From NCBI GenBank assembly GCA_963693365.1, contig CAVNZM010000010.1, positions 8,371,794-8,435,793 of the forward strand: a DNA stretch of 64,000 bases, given 5' to 3'. The notes below the pieces were generated by a model. It made no database searches, was not told the origin of the DNA, and worked only from the letters and a program-made list of their open reading frames with translations. This stretch comes from Amoebidium appalachense (lineage: Eukaryota; Protista; Ichthyosporea). Shown here piece by piece: positions 61,749 to 64,000 of this stretch (within the stretch, counting starts at the first letter, position 1; the number at the start of each line of letters is the position of its first letter). The position numbers and the translations under genes were made by a program.

Positions 61749-61982
<234 letters not shown>

Positions 61983-62208
61983 CCGTGACTCTCTCTCAGT
62001 CTCTCTCTCACTCTAGTCATATCTATAGATGGTGCTATGTGTTTTTTTTTTAGAATAGTGCTAGGTGGTGTCCTACTAAATCGCAAAACTTCTTCCTACT
62101 TAATGACGACGTGTTTTTGTAGCCTACATGTATATATTGTACATGTGTCTGACTGTTTTTTGTACGTTTCTTCAGAGATAGGTATACCGCGGTCTGCGGG
62201 GCCGCGAG

Positions 62209-62242
<34 letters not shown>

Positions 62243-63193
62243 GTACCAAAAAGTGCATATATACGTAGCTGTGAAACATGATTACAGCTGCGGAGGGGTT
62301 TCTGGCCATGACGCCCCCTTATTTGAATGTCTCGGATTATCGAGGTTTCCTTCTTCGACGTTCTCTTCATAATACCATGAACACGATCGGTGAGCCGAGA
62401 ACGTAGCGGCACGTATATCTACACGTACAGTAGACCGTGCACGGTATCTTGGCAACGCGCACGGCAAATTCTCACTCTGTCGCACGGAGCAACACCATGA
62501 GCTCTTTTACCTCTTTGTACAATATTCCTTTCATACTAGCAGTACAAGTTGTGTATGTACAGCCTAGGCTAATTAGCAAGACAACACCTGCAAACTTTCA
62601 TACAGCCTGCCAATGAAATCGATAATACAGTAGCACGTCTAAAAATAGGTTTACATTGGTATGCAACACGCATTTCTCTGTAGGTACCCACATTCCTTAT
62701 TTATCGGCTGGAATGTGCAACAAACGTTAGTCCTCAGCATACGCATATGGATAGCATAGTCAACACATGAATTCGACAAAAGAGCAAGTCAAAATAGAAC
62801 ACCTTGAACGACAAAACCATTACTTCACAGGTTCTGGCTCCCATTGACCATAATGACCTTTTACAAGTAAGTTATTCATTATGATGACTGCACATGATGA
62901 GCACAGTTGACCAGATCGGAGCTGATTTGACAATCACCAATCATAGTGCGTATAAATCATGGTATACAATTGACGAATTCCGCTGAATGACAAAACGTAC
63001 ACAACCTACAATACTGTAGCAGGTATAAAACTCACTCGGTTCAACACCGGAACTTCATCCTGGCTGACTCTGCAGTATTGGAAATCCGAAACTTCTCCGC
63101 AACCCTAGCTACACCAAAGCTTCGCGCTCAAAAATTAACTCCGGCCAAACGTACATCATTAAGCAAATCAACGCTGAATCAGTATACGCGACC

Positions 63194-64000
63194 ATGTACA
63201 AGCTGCTGCTCGCCGGGGCGGCCCTATTCGGGGCCGTTGGCCAAGTTGCTGCACAGACGTGCACCAATGGCGCGGCCATTGACATCGAGGGCAGCACCGA
63301 CGCCTGTGTGTGCGACTCTGGCCGCACGGGCGACTGCAGCACGCTCGGTGCGTGTTTGGCCTCAGCAGACGCCAACCAGCCGCAGCTGCAGGTCACCACC
63401 AACCTGTCGGTCATCCAGCCGTGGATCGACGACACAGACTACTCGCTGGTCATCACCATGACCGGCGGCTCCAGGAAGAACCGTCGCTTCACATCCTTTG
63501 CCCTCAAGAATTGCGCCTCCGCCCGCTTCCTCTCCCTCGCCACCATCACAAACGCCAGCAATGTTGCCGACGCCAGCAACTGCAACGACTACATCCAGAT
63601 CAAGGTTGACGTCAACTACCTGGAGGCCGGCTGCGGGTTCACCGTGGGCCCTGCCTTTGACGAGGGTGGTGTGTGGTATCGCTTCTACAACGGCTCGCTC
63701 GACGTGACATACACTGAGCCCGTCACCCTCGGGTCGGTCAACGAGGCCAGCGACACGCGCACGGTGTCGACAACCCTGCCCGTCAACTTCAAGCTGCAGG
63801 TGCTGTTCAATGCCACCGTCACCACGGACGTCAACGTGACGTCCAAGTTCAACCTCACGGCCGCCGTCACGCAGCAGATTGTGCTGCGGCCCGACCAGGC
63901 GCAGAGCACGCTCAACCTTACGTATGCCATCCACTGGCCCTACGACGTGTCGCAGTACACGACCGTGCTCACCCCTGCTGCAGGTGCCTCCGTGTCTGCC
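63194..64000 (+). CDS. Secreted or cell-surface glycoprotein, 5' part; runs off the window end
   Basis: 269 open codons with strong G/C third positions. Signal peptide MYKLLLAGAALFGAVGQVAA, a Cys-rich segment (CTNG...CVCDSGRTGDC), then a beta-rich T/V/N region with seven N-x-S/T sequons. Absent from the ORF track because no stop lies inside the window. Confidence 0.85.
   Translation, partial: MYKLLLAGAALFGAVGQVAAQTCTNGAAIDIEGSTDACVCDSGRTGDCSTLGACLASADANQPQLQVTTNLSVIQPWIDDTDYSLVITMTGGSRKNRRFTSFALKNCASARFLSLATITNASNVADASNCNDYIQIKVDVNYLEAGCGFTVGPAFDEGGVWYRFYNGSLDVTYTEPVTLGSVNEASDTRTVSTTLPVNFKLQVLFNATVTTDVNVTSKFNLTAAVTQQIVLRPDQAQSTLNLTYAIHWPYDVSQYTTVLTPAAGASVSA

Noticed and set aside
62426-63020. 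Possible Tc1/mariner-like ends (TACAGTA...TACTGTA)
   Set aside because: Only 7 bp of inverted match and no transposase remnant.
63362-63934. 190-aa minus-strand ORF
   Set aside because: It is an antisense shadow of the GC3-biased plus-strand gene.

Overview
Eukaryotic nuclear DNA from an intron-rich, microsatellite-saturated genome. It is probably a unicellular holozoan such as a choanoflagellate; this is an inference from the animal-like RUFY protein. Most ORFs in the supplied track are artefacts of poly-G/C, (CA)n and (CT)n tracts. Manual exon stitching gives seven protein genes: TAP42/IGBP1 (-) with a tRNA-Trp in one intron; a RUN+FYVE (RUFY-like) gene (+); a 14-exon tryptophanase-type PLP lyase (+); PDH E1-beta (-); a single-LIM protein (+); a fusion of a bacterial-type ComJ-like domain to a SixA-like histidine phosphatase (+); and the start of an intron-free secreted glycoprotein (+). 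There are two unusual retroelements. One is a 5'-truncated tyrosine-recombinase (DIRS-order) element with B-A-B split direct repeats, bracketed by a 196-bp host duplication. The other is a young Copia element with apparently identical LTRs and a 5-bp TSD, whose single ORF fuses Gag directly to RT-RNase H with no protease or integrase. Exon boundaries and domain calls were read by eye and need RNA-seq and HMM confirmation.
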